From assembly GCA_964016885.1 (NCBI GenBank), contig OZ024740.1, positions 48,732,001 to 48,796,000 on the forward strand: DNA of 64,000 nucleotides, given 5' to 3'. This stretch comes from Eledone cirrhosa. Lineage: Eukaryota. Shown in pieces: positions 49,750 through 63,024 of the stretch (its first letter is position 1; each line of letters starts with the position of its first letter). The notes beneath the pieces were generated by a model. That model had not been told where the DNA came from. It saw only the letters and a list, made by a program, of their open reading frames with translations, and made no database searches. A program made the translations under genes and the position numbers.

Positions 49750-50094
49750 ATATTTCACTAAACCGTCTCATAATTATTGATTGCTTCAGTAATTCAAACA
49801 GAAAGACAGCATATTTTTTATTAGAAACAAGGTAACAAAAGAATTAAAATATATCATGTAACATAAAATATAAGTAAACAGGTGTACAGTTATGTTTCCT
49901 TCCTGTTTTTTCATATTTTTGTCAAGCTAAAATAAAAATGTGTACCCATAACTAGAGAATTCAGTGTAGAAAAGAAGGATCAGATTAATTTGATGGATTC
50001 AAGTTATATTTGAATATTTTGATTGAAAGTTTGCAGGTTTAATGTTGAGGAATAAACAAGATAAGATATGCAATCAGTGTAAATTAGCATCATA

Positions 50095-50260
50095 TCATCA
50101 TCATCATCATCATCGTTTAACGTCCCTGTTCCACGCTTGCATGGGTTTGGACGGGGGTTTTCCCACTTGAGGCAAGAGTGGTTGTCTTGCTCGCATAGGA
50201 CTGTCTGGCAGGTTTTCTACGGCTGGATACCCTTCCTAACACCAACCACATTTACAGTGT
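50095..50260 (-). mobile_element. RTE family A 3'-terminal fragment
   Basis: Matches 43261-43420, including the (CAT)n tail. Confidence 0.9.
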
Positions 50261-50743
50261 AGAAGCCAATCATTAGATCAGACCAAGGGAACAATGTTTC
50301 CATTGCTAATTAGTCGTAACTCCTGGTAGAAGGTGCAACATGAAATAAAGTATTCTGCTCAAAAACACAACACACCATGTGGTCAAGGAATCAAACATAT
50401 AACTTTATTATCATGTGTTCAAGACCCTAACTATTAACATCCTAGAGAAGCAAAGTTTGAACTAATCTGAGGACTAAACAACAACAACAACGACGACGGC
50501 GGCGGCGGCGGCGACGACGCATATTGCAAGTGTCATCTGTTTTGAATTGAGAACTGTTTATTTTTCTTTTCTCCTTTTGTTTGAACTCATTAACCCTGTA
50601 TTTCAATTAATTGATGAAGAATTTGGAAAACTTTACCAAAATCATTGTTTCATTATTAAAATAGTATTTATAGCAAAAATAAAAGTTCTTATATAAAATT
50701 TTGATAGAGAGTTTCAATATAAATAGGAACACTTTAAAATAAT

Positions 50744-50930
50744 TGTTTCTACTTTTGGCACCAGGCCAGCAATTATCCCAGTGCATTACTGGTACTTTAT
50801 TTTATCGACCCCGTAAGGATGAAAGGCAAAGTTAACCTCGGCGGGATTTGAACTCGGATCATAAAGGGAGGTAACTCTATGCTTCAAAGCATGGCGCCCG
50901 ACCCTCTACCAATATTGCCAATCCACCGCC
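50744..50930 (-). mobile_element. tRNA-derived SINE with 19-bp TSD
   Basis: AGGAACACTTTAAAATAAT at 50725-50743 and 50931-50949. Confidence 0.93.
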
Positions 50931-50965
50931 AGGAACACTTTAAAATAATGTGTTGTTTTATTTCA

Positions 50966-51172
<207 letters not shown>

Positions 51173-51494
51173 TTATCTTCTTGTATATTTAATTTCAATA
51201 CTTAACCCTTTAATGTTCAAACTGGCCAAAACTGGCCAGAATTCTCTACCTCTTTCTGTTAAAACTGTATGTAACTGGCCACTCATACTGATGTTAAGGT
51301 ATTGTTCTCAAAATAAATACTTTCAAAATCTCATAGATTCGATATTATGTGAGATAATTATGCGAGGTAAAGCCTTTACTATGAAAATATAATAGTATAT
51401 ATAGAGTAATGTGATTGCTATAGAGTTAATAATTAACACACACATATGAAAATTAACACACACACATATGAAAAAATATTAATATTAGAATTGA

Positions 51495-51765
51495 AAGATC
51501 ACAGCTGTGATACTAGGGGCATGTGGTTAGAAGGTCTCAGGAAAGAATCGCTGGACAGATTTTACAGGCAAAAACCAACCGGCAAGAGACCCAAGAGTAG
51601 ACCCCAAGCAAGATGGTTGGATAACATCCATGAGCTTGGCTGGTCTCGCTTGGGGATCCAGGCGGATAAGTTGGAGACGTTTGCTTCTGACAGGACCTGC
51701 TGGAAGGAGTGTCTGAGGACTCTTCCCCCACGACCCTCTCAGGAATGAGTGGGCAAAGAAGAAGA
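51495..51765 (+). mobile_element. 3' fragment of a third RTE-type LINE family
   Basis: KPTGKRPKSRPQARWLDNI..LGWSRLGI...DRTCW..LRTLPPRP is a typical RTE ORF C-terminus. Confidence 0.8.
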
Positions 51766-51770
51766 ATATT

Positions 51771-51925
51771 AGAGGTGGGGAATTGGCAGAGGCTTTAGAA
51801 TGACAGATAGAATGCATTGTGGTATTCATTCAGGTTCTCTGTGATCTGTGTTCAAATCCTTCCAAGGTCAATTTTGCCTTTTCGAGGATCATAAGAAAAG
51901 TACCAGTCTAGTACTGGGGTTGATT
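51771..51925 (+). mobile_element. Degenerate tRNA-derived SINE
   Basis: GTTCAAATCC...TTTTGCCTTTT...AAGTACCAG. Confidence 0.65.
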
Positions 51926-52494
51926 CTTCCTCTATACCTCTTTCTTACTTCCTCTGGAAGAAATTGTATTCAGATCTGAAGAGAGGTGGACTCCACGAGA
52001 TTTAAAATGCTCAAGACATGCCGTATGTCACTACAGCTCCCTTAAAACTCCATGAAGAGTTACAGGTCCATACATACATGCATACATAATATCACTAGGT
52101 TACAAATTAATTAACTGCTTTACCATAATCACCACTATCGCCATCATTCTTATTACCATCACCCTTATCTACACAACTATCAACAACATTTTAACATCTA
52201 TTTTCCATAATGACATTGGTTGGATAGTTCTACTGCACAGCACATTATCAAGTCTTAGTCTTTCATCATCTTTTCTGTGAGGCCTAACATTGTGAGATCA
52301 GACCACATCATTTCTTTCTGCAGTTTTCCTCTTCAACAATTGCCCTTCACTATTTGTTTAACATATCACATTGCACCCATTCCCATCTTATATATCCAAA
52401 CTATCTATATCATCACTGTTATCTCACTTGCATGCTCCAGGCAATACTTTTAATGACCAGTCACTCACTATCATCTCACTTTTGTTGACTTTTA

Positions 52495-52790
52495 TACAAA
52501 CTAATATTACAGACATTCAACTGATCAATTAAGTTGAGACTCTCATACAGAATAGTATTACAGCCATTCAACAGATTACCTGAGTTTAGATTCTCATACA
52601 AAATAACATTAGACATCCAACAGATCACTTTAACTTAGACCCTCATACAGAATAGTGTTATAGATATACAACAGATCACTTCAGTTTAGGCTCACATACA
52701 CAAAAATATAATAAGCTTAGACTTAATTACTGACTAATGTTACAGATATCCAACAATTCATTTGTGCTCAGTTTAACATACAGACTCACA
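52495..52790. repeat. Degenerate ~50-bp minisatellite (~5 copies)
   Basis: The unit, roughly TACAGACAT.CAACAGATCA.TT.AGTTTAGAC.CTCATACAGAATAGT.T, recurs at about 52509, 52559, 52609, 52659 and 52741. Confidence 0.8.
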
Positions 52791-52839
52791 TTACACACAT
52801 TCAATGTCCATTTGATTATATTCAGTAGAAATAACTAAC

Positions 52840-52921
52840 CTCATCATGGGAAAACCCTTCCACATATCAGCAATGATATTGACTATTGATCCACCATGTT
52901 GCTTCATATATTGGCTGTAAA
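52840..52921 (-). CDS. PECR: Peroxisomal trans-2-enoyl-CoA reductase-like SDR, internal exon (82 bp)
   Basis: Bounded by CAG and GTTAGT. Encodes (V)YSQYMKQHGGSIVNIIADMWKGFPMM(S) and splices in frame to 51026-51122. Confidence 0.9.
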
Positions 52922-54519
52922 CTGTAATATGATATTGGAAATAACCTTTTAAATAACAGACATAAAATATCAATTTTGGTTTCATTTAAAACAAATTAAA
53001 ATAGATGGGAATCATATGAATCCAAGGGCAAAATATTAAAGAAAATCACAAAAGCAACAATGATGGAGGAAGAGGAGGGTGAAGATGATGCTGATGATGA
53101 CAATGATGTTGATAATGCTGCTGATGATGGTTATTGTGCTTATTTCTGAACTCTTTCTAATTGTTTTTGAATAATGCAGTTTGTTTAACTCCAGGTCAAC
53201 CTTGATCAACCAAACACATGGCCAAAGATATTCCAGCCATGACCATTTCATCTTTTGTTCAGACATAGTATTATTAAAACTACATTATCTAACAGACCCT
53301 TCCATTTTCTAAGACAGTGGAGTGTAGTTTCAAAGAAATTTGGTTATCACTTCTAACATGTCATGCTACCATGTAGAGGCTCTCTCATTAGCATGTGTTT
53401 TGAGGAATGTTGTATTGCTACTGTTGTATTATGATGTAGCCCAACCTTAAAATAATACATCAATTACTGCATACAATCCTTAAAGCAAATTAAACAGTAA
53501 TTAACAGCAGATTGTCTGCCACACAGAATTTGTATATATTAACACTATTATATATGTTTGGTTATTTGTCATTCTCCACAGATTCTTCTGCTTCACTCAC
53601 AACATCTATCTAATGGTCACAATCAACAATTAGTTCATCAGTCTAAACATATATCTTCTAAATGTATGAAGTGAATGGTTATTCCAATTGGCAAAATCAT
53701 TAGACCATTGGATTATATGCCTCACAATATTTGTTCTCCAATTTCAAATTCAGCCAAGGTCATGTTGCCTTTCAAAGTCAATCTATATATAAATTTGAGC
53801 AACTTCTGTTTGTCCTTCCATCACACAATATGTGTGTGTGTGTGCGTGTGTGTTTGTGTGAATGTATGTGAGTGTAAAAGGGGATGGTGAAAAAACTATA
53901 GCAAAATAGCAGCTAGCGTTCCATTTGCTACTCTGTGTGTAAGTGTATGTGTACGTTTGTGTAAATGTATGTGTGTGTATTTGTGTGAATGTATGTCTGT
54001 GAGTGTGTATTTTTTGCGCATTTATATTTATATACTCATACATACATATGTGTGCATATGTACATACACATATACACATACGATAGTCAGCGTGTTGAAA
54101 AAATCCTAGTAAAATAAAATACTAGTTAAGGGTAGTAGATTAGCAGAAATATTAGTTCTTTTGATGCTATGTCTTGTGCTATTTGTTCTGGTTTTTCACA
54201 TCTTTAATTCCAATCCTGCTGTAGCCTAGTTGGGTAGTAGATTTAATCCATCACCTTGTTCTTGGGAGCATTTAGCAGAGTCCTCTCTATTGCAAGCAGT
54301 CAGATAAGGGCTTAAGTTTGAGGGTAGCTTCCTCCTTTCTCCCCACCAGTCTTGAAGGCTATGAAAGGAGTCATAAGCAATGCCCTACACTCCCAGTAAA
54401 ACAAAATATAAGATTATAATTACATGGGTCATTAATCTCTTCCTGAGAATGAATATTTACAGTATTCATAACTACATTTATATGAACATATACCAATGGT
54501 CATGTGGATAAGAACATTA

Positions 54520-54643
54520 TTTTACGGCCCTTGCCATTCTGAGTTCAAATCCCGCCGAGGTTAACTTTGCCTTTCATCCTTACGGGGTCAATAAAATAAA
54601 GTACCAGTAATGTACCTTGTGCCAATAGTAGAAACAATTATTA
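54520..54643 (+). mobile_element. Partial tRNA-derived SINE
   Basis: B-box and core match the family, and the 5' head is missing. Confidence 0.85.
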
Positions 54644-55658
54644 TCATTAGTTTAATAGTAAAGATCTCTAGTTTGAATCCAGTCTGTACATATTCAAGAA
54701 TAATGTACAGTGTTGATATAAATATTACCCTTATGATGTGATATACAGCCAATGGTCACACTTGGTGGTGAATTGACGGTCACTTTTGTTTTGGCTCCCA
54801 TCCCATTTTTCTCTTCTTTTTTTCTCTCTTTTACGCATTTATATTTGTGTTTACCAACAATTGTTTACCAACAATTTTAGTAAATCCCTCAAAATACTCA
54901 TTAATTAATTGAAACAGAGTGTATTTCATTAGAAATATAGTAATAAAAGAGTTAATGAGAAGGACCACAATTCTATGATGTCCCCATTTTTCCAGTGACA
55001 GGAGATGGAATTTGAACTGAGAATGCACAGAGCCAGAACAGATACTGCCAATGTTTCAGATTAATGAACATGTTTCAAAGTGAAATGTTAATATGATTAT
55101 AATTTTCCAATGTTAATATGATTATAATTTTCCAGCCTAATAACCACATCTTTAGAGTGTATATTAACTATATCCACGTCTACAATACATTTCAATCTCT
55201 TGGTTCAAAAATAGATTCAAACAAAAAAAACTTTTTCTATAAACTTTATTTCCAGGAATAGGAAAACTAATGACAATTGCAGACTAAACAATCAAAATAT
55301 AGTAGAAATATAGATATTGTAAATATACAGTCTAACAATGGGGTTACTAACTCAGAAAATTATAATCTCATTTCAAATATATTTCTGAATAAACAGTAAA
55401 TCATTTGGCAGAGAGAAACAATCGCTAAGATTTAAACTTGTTTGTATACAATATATATAAATTACCCTGGAAATTAGGATCAGAACCTGCAATCTTTTCA
55501 GGTGATAGTTTAGGGTAGATAGGTGCGAGTAGTACATGTCAGATTACCTTTGAACTTTTGCTAGTTAGGAAAAAAAAACATGATGAAACATGATATTCTA
55601 ATTATTGTTATAAACTTGGAATTAGCTATAACATTCATTTCTATTATTGTGTTTATTA

Positions 55659-55983
55659 GGATGGTGGATTGGCGGTATCGGTAAAGCATCAGACAACATG
55701 CTTTGTGGCATATAGTTACGACCCTTTATGTTCTGAGTTCAAATCCTGCCAAGGTTAGCTTTGCCTTTCATCCTTATGGGGTTGATAAAATAAAGTACCA
55801 GTAATGATCTGCGGTCAATGTAATCGACTTTCCCTCCCCTTCAAATTGCTGGCCTTGTGCCTAAATCAGAAACCATTATAATTATTATTATAACTTTGTC
55901 TTTCGTCCTTAAAATAACGTACCAGTAATGCACTGGAATAATTGCTGGCCTTGTGCCAAAAGTAGAAACAATTATTATTATTA
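55659..55983 (+). mobile_element. tRNA-derived SINE plus a partial second 3' half
   Basis: A full copy runs to ~55890, followed by a truncated core and tail. Confidence 0.87.
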
Positions 55984-58214
55984 AGATGAATTAGCTTTTT
56001 TTATAGTGCAGTCTGGTGAGGCAGAAGGGCACCTATGACATTTCTTGCAGAGCCTCCAAGATTTGGTGAGGGAAGAAAGAGTTATCCTTAGACCAGTTAC
56101 CTGGTCTGAATGTTTGCAACTGAGTGAATGTTTGCAACTAAAGGTATCCAAGGTTCTTTAGTATTGATGTTAAACCCAATGACAGATTAAGTCTACCAAT
56201 CAAAAACAGGTTCACCAGTACAGTTCATCAGGACAGTTTCCATCTACCCAATTTCACACACAAGGTTTGAGTCAACTGTTAGATCAAACTCAGAATTATG
56301 TAATTGCAAAGCAAACAGTCATGTTAATCAGTCATGCTTAGACCCATGTAACATGCTTGATGAATCGGTAAATACTGTTAACAAAAAAAGGAACATTTTC
56401 ATATGTGTGTGTTAATTATCAACCCTTTAGCATTACTCAATATTTACTATTGTATTTTCGTGGTAAAGTCTTTATCTAACATAATATCTCACATAATATC
56501 AAATCTATAAGATTTTGATATTATTTTGAGAACAATATGTTAATATAAGTATGAGTGGCTGATTTCACCCAGTTTGAACTGAAAGAGGTGAGAGAATTCT
56601 GGCTGGATATGGCTGGTTTAAATGTTAAAAGTTGAAGGATTATATCTCAAACAAATTAAGTATGACACTGGAAGGATTGATACAATATTAATACCAACAC
56701 AATCTCTACAATGTCAGTACATGTTCAGTTCACTTGAAGAGATATTTGAAAGAAAAATCCTAAAATTCTTATTTTTCATACTTTCTGGTTTGCATAGTTT
56801 CATGTGAGGTAAATTAAAAAGATAACCACCTGCAAATAACAACTTCTAGGTTGATATTGTTTGTTTTTATTTTAGTTTTATTCTATAATTAAAACATCAC
56901 AATTCTGTAGCTACAATAGTTTGAGTATGTCTGCTTCTGGAACAGTACTGCTAGTCACTGAGAAGGGAAAAATCTGAGGTGAGAAAAAGAAATGATTCCC
57001 AACATCACATATGAAGTATTGTAAGTTATATGATTTTCTATAATAGAATGAAAAATGAAACCTCAATTTTTCTCCATTCACAAAAAAAAAATTTGACCAG
57101 TTGAACCAAGTGAACTCAAAGTAAATTTGAAGACACTTCAGCTGAGTCAAAAATATGACAATCTCTTAGTGGCCTACATGATAAATCACCTAGTACAGGC
57201 TGTAAAATGGTGTAATGCTGCTGTTGGTGAGGATGCTGAACAAAATGTATTGAGGTCAGATTTTTAGATGAGATATAGCAATAATAAAATAAAACTAACA
57301 GGCAAACCCAGCCTAAAACTTAAAAAAATAAAAGAAGGAAAAAGTAAATGTTTGAAGTGGTAGTAACAATGCATTAAATATGTTACAAGTAGATACAAAC
57401 TGTAGTGGTTATTGGATATAAAAGTGATGTGCCAAAAGATAACAATAAGTAAAAGCTGATATTGTTAACAGATTTCAAGTGTTTTTCACAAGTCAATACA
57501 ACTGAAAGGTTTTATCATTTGATGGTGACGTATGTACGATGTAAAGTGTTTTCATCAATGAATATATATTGGGTCAGTGCAAATAAGGATAAATTAAATT
57601 AGCCAACCAACTGGCCATCCTAGTAATGTATGATAGAACAAGTGACAACATTATGGCTAATATTAAAGTTCAGTAAAATGTTATATCTATGTGTAGGCAA
57701 CAAAAGTTATTTCATGTGAAGAAAACTATGGTAGAGACAGACTATAGAAGATTTAAAGAAAGCAGTTATGTCAGAGATGAAAAAACTGGACTTTACACAT
57801 CAGATGATACTAGACTGATATACAGGAAAATATACTGTAGATTATGTCTATCAAAATAATGCTTATATGCAAATACAGAAATCAAAACAGTTTGTAGCGG
57901 TTGTCTCCCTTGTTTGGATTAACATCTAGACGGGAAGTAGAACCCTTTCTGTAACTTCCGGTCAGAACCCTATAAAACTAACAACTTTAAGTTCTCATCC
58001 TCTCATTTGGCCTTCCGGCGCCTGGCCTTAGCCAGGCGTCCTCTGCCAGCCGCGTTTGCCTGGCAATCAAAACGGTAACTACTAACTTTGTTTCATTCTT
58101 TCATCTATTTCTTTGACATGTCAACTATACTATCTACCATTGTTAATTAAATATTATACACACAAACCATGCCTCGTTTTGTTACATTCATACAACCTAG
58201 TACTTTCGCAATAT

Positions 58215-58232
58215 TGGTAACCCTGATGTGAT
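58215..58232 (+). promoter_or_regulatory. Primer-binding site (tRNA-Trp)
   Basis: Close to TGGTGACCCCGACGTGAT, the complement of the tRNA-Trp 3' end, and located 1 nt after the LTR. Confidence 0.85.
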
Positions 58233-59110
58233 ACGAACACGCAGCCGTTCATCGCTATAAGTGGTCACCCCGAAAAAAGAAAAAGATAGCAGATTCTGGA
58301 GTTGTGTGGGTAACATTACGAATACACAGCAAATTTATCGACAAACTATGAAAATCCTCAAAGAAGCGGACACACGCACATGTGGAATTCGCGTTCAGAC
58401 AGACTTTTTCTCTCACGCATCAACTAACTGTCGCATTTCACGATATATATTCTCGTTTCTTACAACGAACACTTTCAAAACAAAAAAAAAATAAAAAACA
58501 TTTCACGATATATATATATGTTTCTCGTTTCTTACAACGAACTCTTTAAAAACAAAAAAAAAAAAAAAGAAATTTGATATTCTTTAAAAAACATTTCAAC
58601 AGGAACATTTATTTTCGATGAACCGTTGCCTTTTTTTTCATCGTTTTCTTCATCGTTCAAGTTTTTTTTCCAAAGTTCACACCAATAATTATGCTGAGTG
58701 AAGCCTTTCTTTTTCATTATTGTCACTTTCACACTATCATTTTCTCGCGCGTTAGAAATATTATTTTTTCAACCTTGTATTGGCACATGTAGGCAGCACA
58801 AATTCTCGACTCACAGAGATAGCCGCACGCCAGAGATAACGTTTCTCGCCAAGGATTCTTCAGCCTTAAGCTATATTCTCCTATTTGCCGGTTTAAAAAT
58901 TTACTACGTAAATTTGCCGTTGAAAACTGCGCATTTATTCAGAATGCTTATTTCTTTGGTCGCTGGCCTCTTGACCCTTCCAGGTCAACGCATTCTCAAC
59001 ATCGACCATCAACTTCGGCTGCTATTTCTAGCACTTTGCGCAACTCATTTTTTTCTGAAAAATTTTTTTTTACTGTGAATTTAAACACCGAATACGCTCA
59101 CTCAGCGAGA

Positions 59111-59275
59111 CAACAGCAGCAGCAACAGCAACAACAATATAACAGCAACAGCAATACAGCAGCAACAGCAATACAGCAGCAACAGCAGCAGCAACACCAC
59201 CAGCAATATAACAGCAACAGCAGCAGCAACAGCAATATAACAGCAACAGCAATACAGCAGCAACAGCAACAGCAA
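59111..59275. repeat. (CAG/CAA)n microsatellite inside the LTR element
   Basis: Direct observation. Confidence 0.93.
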
Positions 59276-60871
59276 AACATCAACACAGCTTCACCAACAA
59301 CCAAAGCCAGAGAATTTATTTTTGCAGCACTCTTCCTGTGAGAAAATCCATTCGGAGGTTGGAAATTTCACGATATACCACAGAACAGAAACCACCTGCA
59401 TTCATTCTCTGGAACACACTTTCTTTCCTGCTGTCATGTGATTGCACATCTGTGAACTATATTTTGTACATTTGAACTTTGAGCCCTTCTCTTACTTTAT
59501 TACATTGTATCATTGGGTGATGGATAGATAGATGTCCAGTCGTTCTCTGGCCAAGAGCGGTTGGCTACCTTGATATCTATCATTGATTTTTGCAAACATT
59601 CTTTTGTCGTAATTTTCATGCCTGTTATAACATTCTCGCCAACTTGCTACATATTTTCATTCGATTTTTATATCCTAAAATTCTGGCGGGAGGTTATGTA
59701 GCGGTTGTCTCCCTTGTTTGGATTAACATCTAGACGGGAAGTAGAACCCTTTCTGTAACTTCCGGTCAGAACCCTATAAAACTAACAACTTTAAGTTCTC
59801 ATCCTCTCATTTGGCCTTCCGGCGCCTGGCCTTAGCCAGGCGTCCTCTGCCAGCCGCGTTTGCCTGGCAATCAAAACGGTAACTACTAACTTTGTTTCAT
59901 TCTTTCATCTATTTCTTTGACATGTCAACTATACTATCTACCATTGTTAATTAAATATTATACACACAAACCATGCCTCGTTTTGTTACATTCATACAAC
60001 CTAGTACTCTCGCTAAAAGTTGATATTTATATAGCAAGCAACATTGCTTGGATAATAAATAACTAAACTAGATTTATTTTAGTATTTTTCTGTCATACAC
60101 CATCCAATATTTCCCCATAAGATACATAAGGCCTCATATACAAACATCATAATCATGCCCTCCAATCCTATATTAACTGACTGACCTGATTCAACCTGCT
60201 ATTAAACACCCACAAACACAGCTTTAAATAAACAGACTCAAAGTAGCATTTAAAAAATCCATGATTTCCTTTCTTACCATTAACATTAAAGAACATCAAC
60301 TATACCCAACCATCACACTTACCAATATATGCAAACTACAGATGACAGCAATACTAAAATTTACATACAACATTCACAGCAATCATACAGATATTAGCTT
60401 TAAAAAGAAGAGGAAAATGAAGCAAAAGTACACTTAAAGTTCTCTCAGACACAACATTTAGCCAACAGATACAAAAACAGGAGTGTAAAAACAATACATT
60501 AGACCAACTAGGGACTATGTCTATCATGCCTGAACCTTGAATAGCTCTCCAACAAATCACAACAAACTATAAGGTAGACAAAGCAGTGGACTTTGTATCA
60601 TTAAAGGTTGCACAAAGACCCCTATATATTGAAACACATATACTGGTCAGTTTGTTGATGCAGAAAGCTGCAAAACGCACAATCTCAACTACTATGTTTA
60701 TAACCACCTGCCAAACACATGTGTAGCACACCAATGCACTCTTACAAGATCATCTTAAATACACTATCATTCACATTAGACCAAACAAACTCAATAGACA
60801 ACAATACACAAACATAGTAGCAGCATCAATAACCTTATAAATCTCCAAACAATGTTGGGATGCACATTACC

Positions 60872-61068
60872 AATAATAATTGTTTCTACTTTTGGCACAA
60901 GACCAGCAATTATCCCAGGGCATAACTGGTACTTTATTTTATCAACCCCGTAAGGATGAAAGGCTAAGTTAACCTTGGCAGAATTTGAACTCAGATCATA
61001 AAGGGCGGGTACTCTATGCTGCAAAGCATGGCATCCGACCATCTATCGATATTGCCAATCCACCACCC
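60872..61068 (-). mobile_element. tRNA-derived SINE
   Basis: Reverse-complement copy of the same family. Confidence 0.88.
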
Positions 61069-62519
61069 TAGCAATAATAATGACTGCTGTTGCACTGTGA
61101 CAAAGACCACCTTGCCTACCTTTGCAGTTGTCATCACCAGAAATTACTGACATACAAACACACCAGCAATACATCTGCTATATGGTTACTTAACATGCTA
61201 GAAATAGTAGTTAACTCTCTATCAAATTATATACTACTATCTTATAAACAATATATAATAATGTGGAAAAAGATGGAATAGATCATGCTCAGTCCTGGAT
61301 TAAACATTAAGCAAAATAATCATGGGCTTAAAACCCCAAGAAAAGCAGGAGCTCATAGAGACTTTTCCCATACCATATATGGGATTTTTTTCCATAAACA
61401 GCATTTCGGAGGCACCATTAACTTTTTAGTGCTCAGGGCCTCTTTGAAGGTTTGAATCTAACTCTGAGCATGTTGCTCAATGAAGGCTGGCATGGGGATA
61501 AACAACAATATCTGGCATTCAAAAACAGACAGGACAGTGCAAAAGAAAGCAACATACTGAGACAGTCAAACCGCATCACAGAGTAGACAGTGCATGTTAA
61601 TTAACATATGTTATAATTAGTAAGATCATAGCAAGTGGAAAATAAAATATGGAAGTGAAGTAATATCACAATATTAAAGGAACAATATCATCGAGTTGGC
61701 TGGTTGATATGTAAATGTGCCACACAGGTGGGATGAAACAAGCTTGGGGGCAGCAGAGAAGTGAAACAACATTTAAGCCTCTGCCTGCCTACATGCTTCC
61801 CACTTTTACCCAACTTCTCCATCCACCTTCCCTACCTTAATCCCTCCAACTATCCCTCTTCACTCCATTATCTTCCCCCTTCTTAGTCTCCCACTACTCA
61901 CATCTTTCACCCTCTTCTTCATCCAACTCATGACAGCATGGAAAGAAATGCCCCTCCTCCTACATTGTGCTTTTATTCTCTCAACTACCCATCCTCATCC
62001 CCGATTCCCCTTCCTTGTCAGCAGGGAAAAAAAATGTGCTCCTCTCCTCATATTGTGCTCTCTACTCCCATCAAAGTCCTTGATTCTCTTTCCTTGTCCA
62101 ATCCATACCATACCAACATTGAAAGCCAGACATGCTCTACAATATACTGTCAGATGCAGCTCATTCTCTTCAAGGCTACCTCCATAACCCAGTACTTGCT
62201 CTACCACAGTGGAATGCCCCCCCACTTCTTCAGTAAGATGCATGTAGCTTGCCTCCTTATCCTCTCATCTTAAACACCCACCCCCATCACTGTCTCCACA
62301 GTCTCACCAAATATGTGAGTACCTTAGTGTTGTAACGAGGTAGTGCTGGTGACACGACAAAAAGCAGCCGGCACAGCTTGTAAGGTAGTAATGCAGGCGC
62401 CATGACAAAAAGCACCCAATCCACACTGTAAGGGCCATGATAAAAGGTTCCCAGAACATGCTGTAAAGTTGTTGGTATTGTTTCCGTTGGTCTTTCCAAT
62501 TGCTAATACTATCTATCGG

Positions 62520-62632
62520 TTGCAACTCCAGGTAGAAGCAGCAACGTGAAATAAAGTGTCGCCTGGTCCATTAATCGAACTCACAACCTCACGATTGCAA
62601 ATCCAATTCTCTTACCACTCAGCCACGCGCCT
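62520..62632 (-). mobile_element. Second tRNA-derived SINE family, head fragment
   Basis: Minus strand GGCGCGTGGCTGAGTGGTAA (A box)...GAGTTCGATT (B box). Confidence 0.6.
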
Positions 62633-62654
62633 TCACTAAGGTGATATATATATA

Positions 62655-62788
62655 TATCATCATCATCATCGTCCATCTTCCACGCTAGCATGGGTTTTGT
62701 TCCATGTCTCGCTCGTACGGAAGTATCTCTGGAAGTTTTTTTTATAGCTGGATGCCCTTCCTAACACCAACCACATTTACAGTGTGGA
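62655..62788 (-). mobile_element. RTE 3'-terminal fragment
   Basis: (CAT)n tail, CCACGCTAGCATGG hairpin and GCTGGATGCCCTTCCTAACACCAACC box. Confidence 0.82.
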
Positions 62789-63024
62789 ATCTCCTGGCAC
62801 CTTTTCACTCAGCGACGGGACAGGGAGGAAGGGGTAGGGTGTGTGGGTTGGGAATATGTTTGGAACACAGTGACTGAAGTTTTAGAGTTGCCATAACAAG
62901 TGTGCTGATACCCAATATTTCAGTGGGTTTATTATGCTCCACTATTAGATTATATTATGTAGTCACTGTTACGGTGACGCTTCTACTTCTATTCTGTGTG
63001 TGTGTGTGTATAAATACATATATA

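Larger units (their letters stand above)
57893..60017 (+). mobile_element. Non-autonomous LTR retroelement (Gypsy-type termini), complete
   Basis: 321-bp LTRs at 57893-58213 and 59697-60017. The PBS TGGTAACCCTGATGTGAT resembles the tRNA-Trp PBS, a purine tract GGCGGGAGG precedes the 3' LTR, and the 4-bp TSD is AGTT. There is no gag/pol ORF. Confidence 0.92.

Noticed and set aside
52791-52985. 64-aa ORF as a stand-alone gene
   Set aside because: Only 52840-52921 is coding (splice-bounded exon). The rest is intron.
57611-57712. Possible DNA-transposon remnant (VMYDRTS...CR..LF)
   Set aside because: Too short and interrupted by a stop, with no termini found.
58830-58870. Sixth hammerhead-like motif (minus strand CUGAAGA...GAAACGUUA; also ~63925-63960)
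   Set aside because: Core words are present, but helix II and helix I barely pair in either copy.
58698-59341. ORFs inside the LTR element (weak resemblance to an integrase C-terminus; poly-Q ORF)
   Set aside because: The resemblance is too degenerate to call, and the poly-Q is a CAG/CAA microsatellite.
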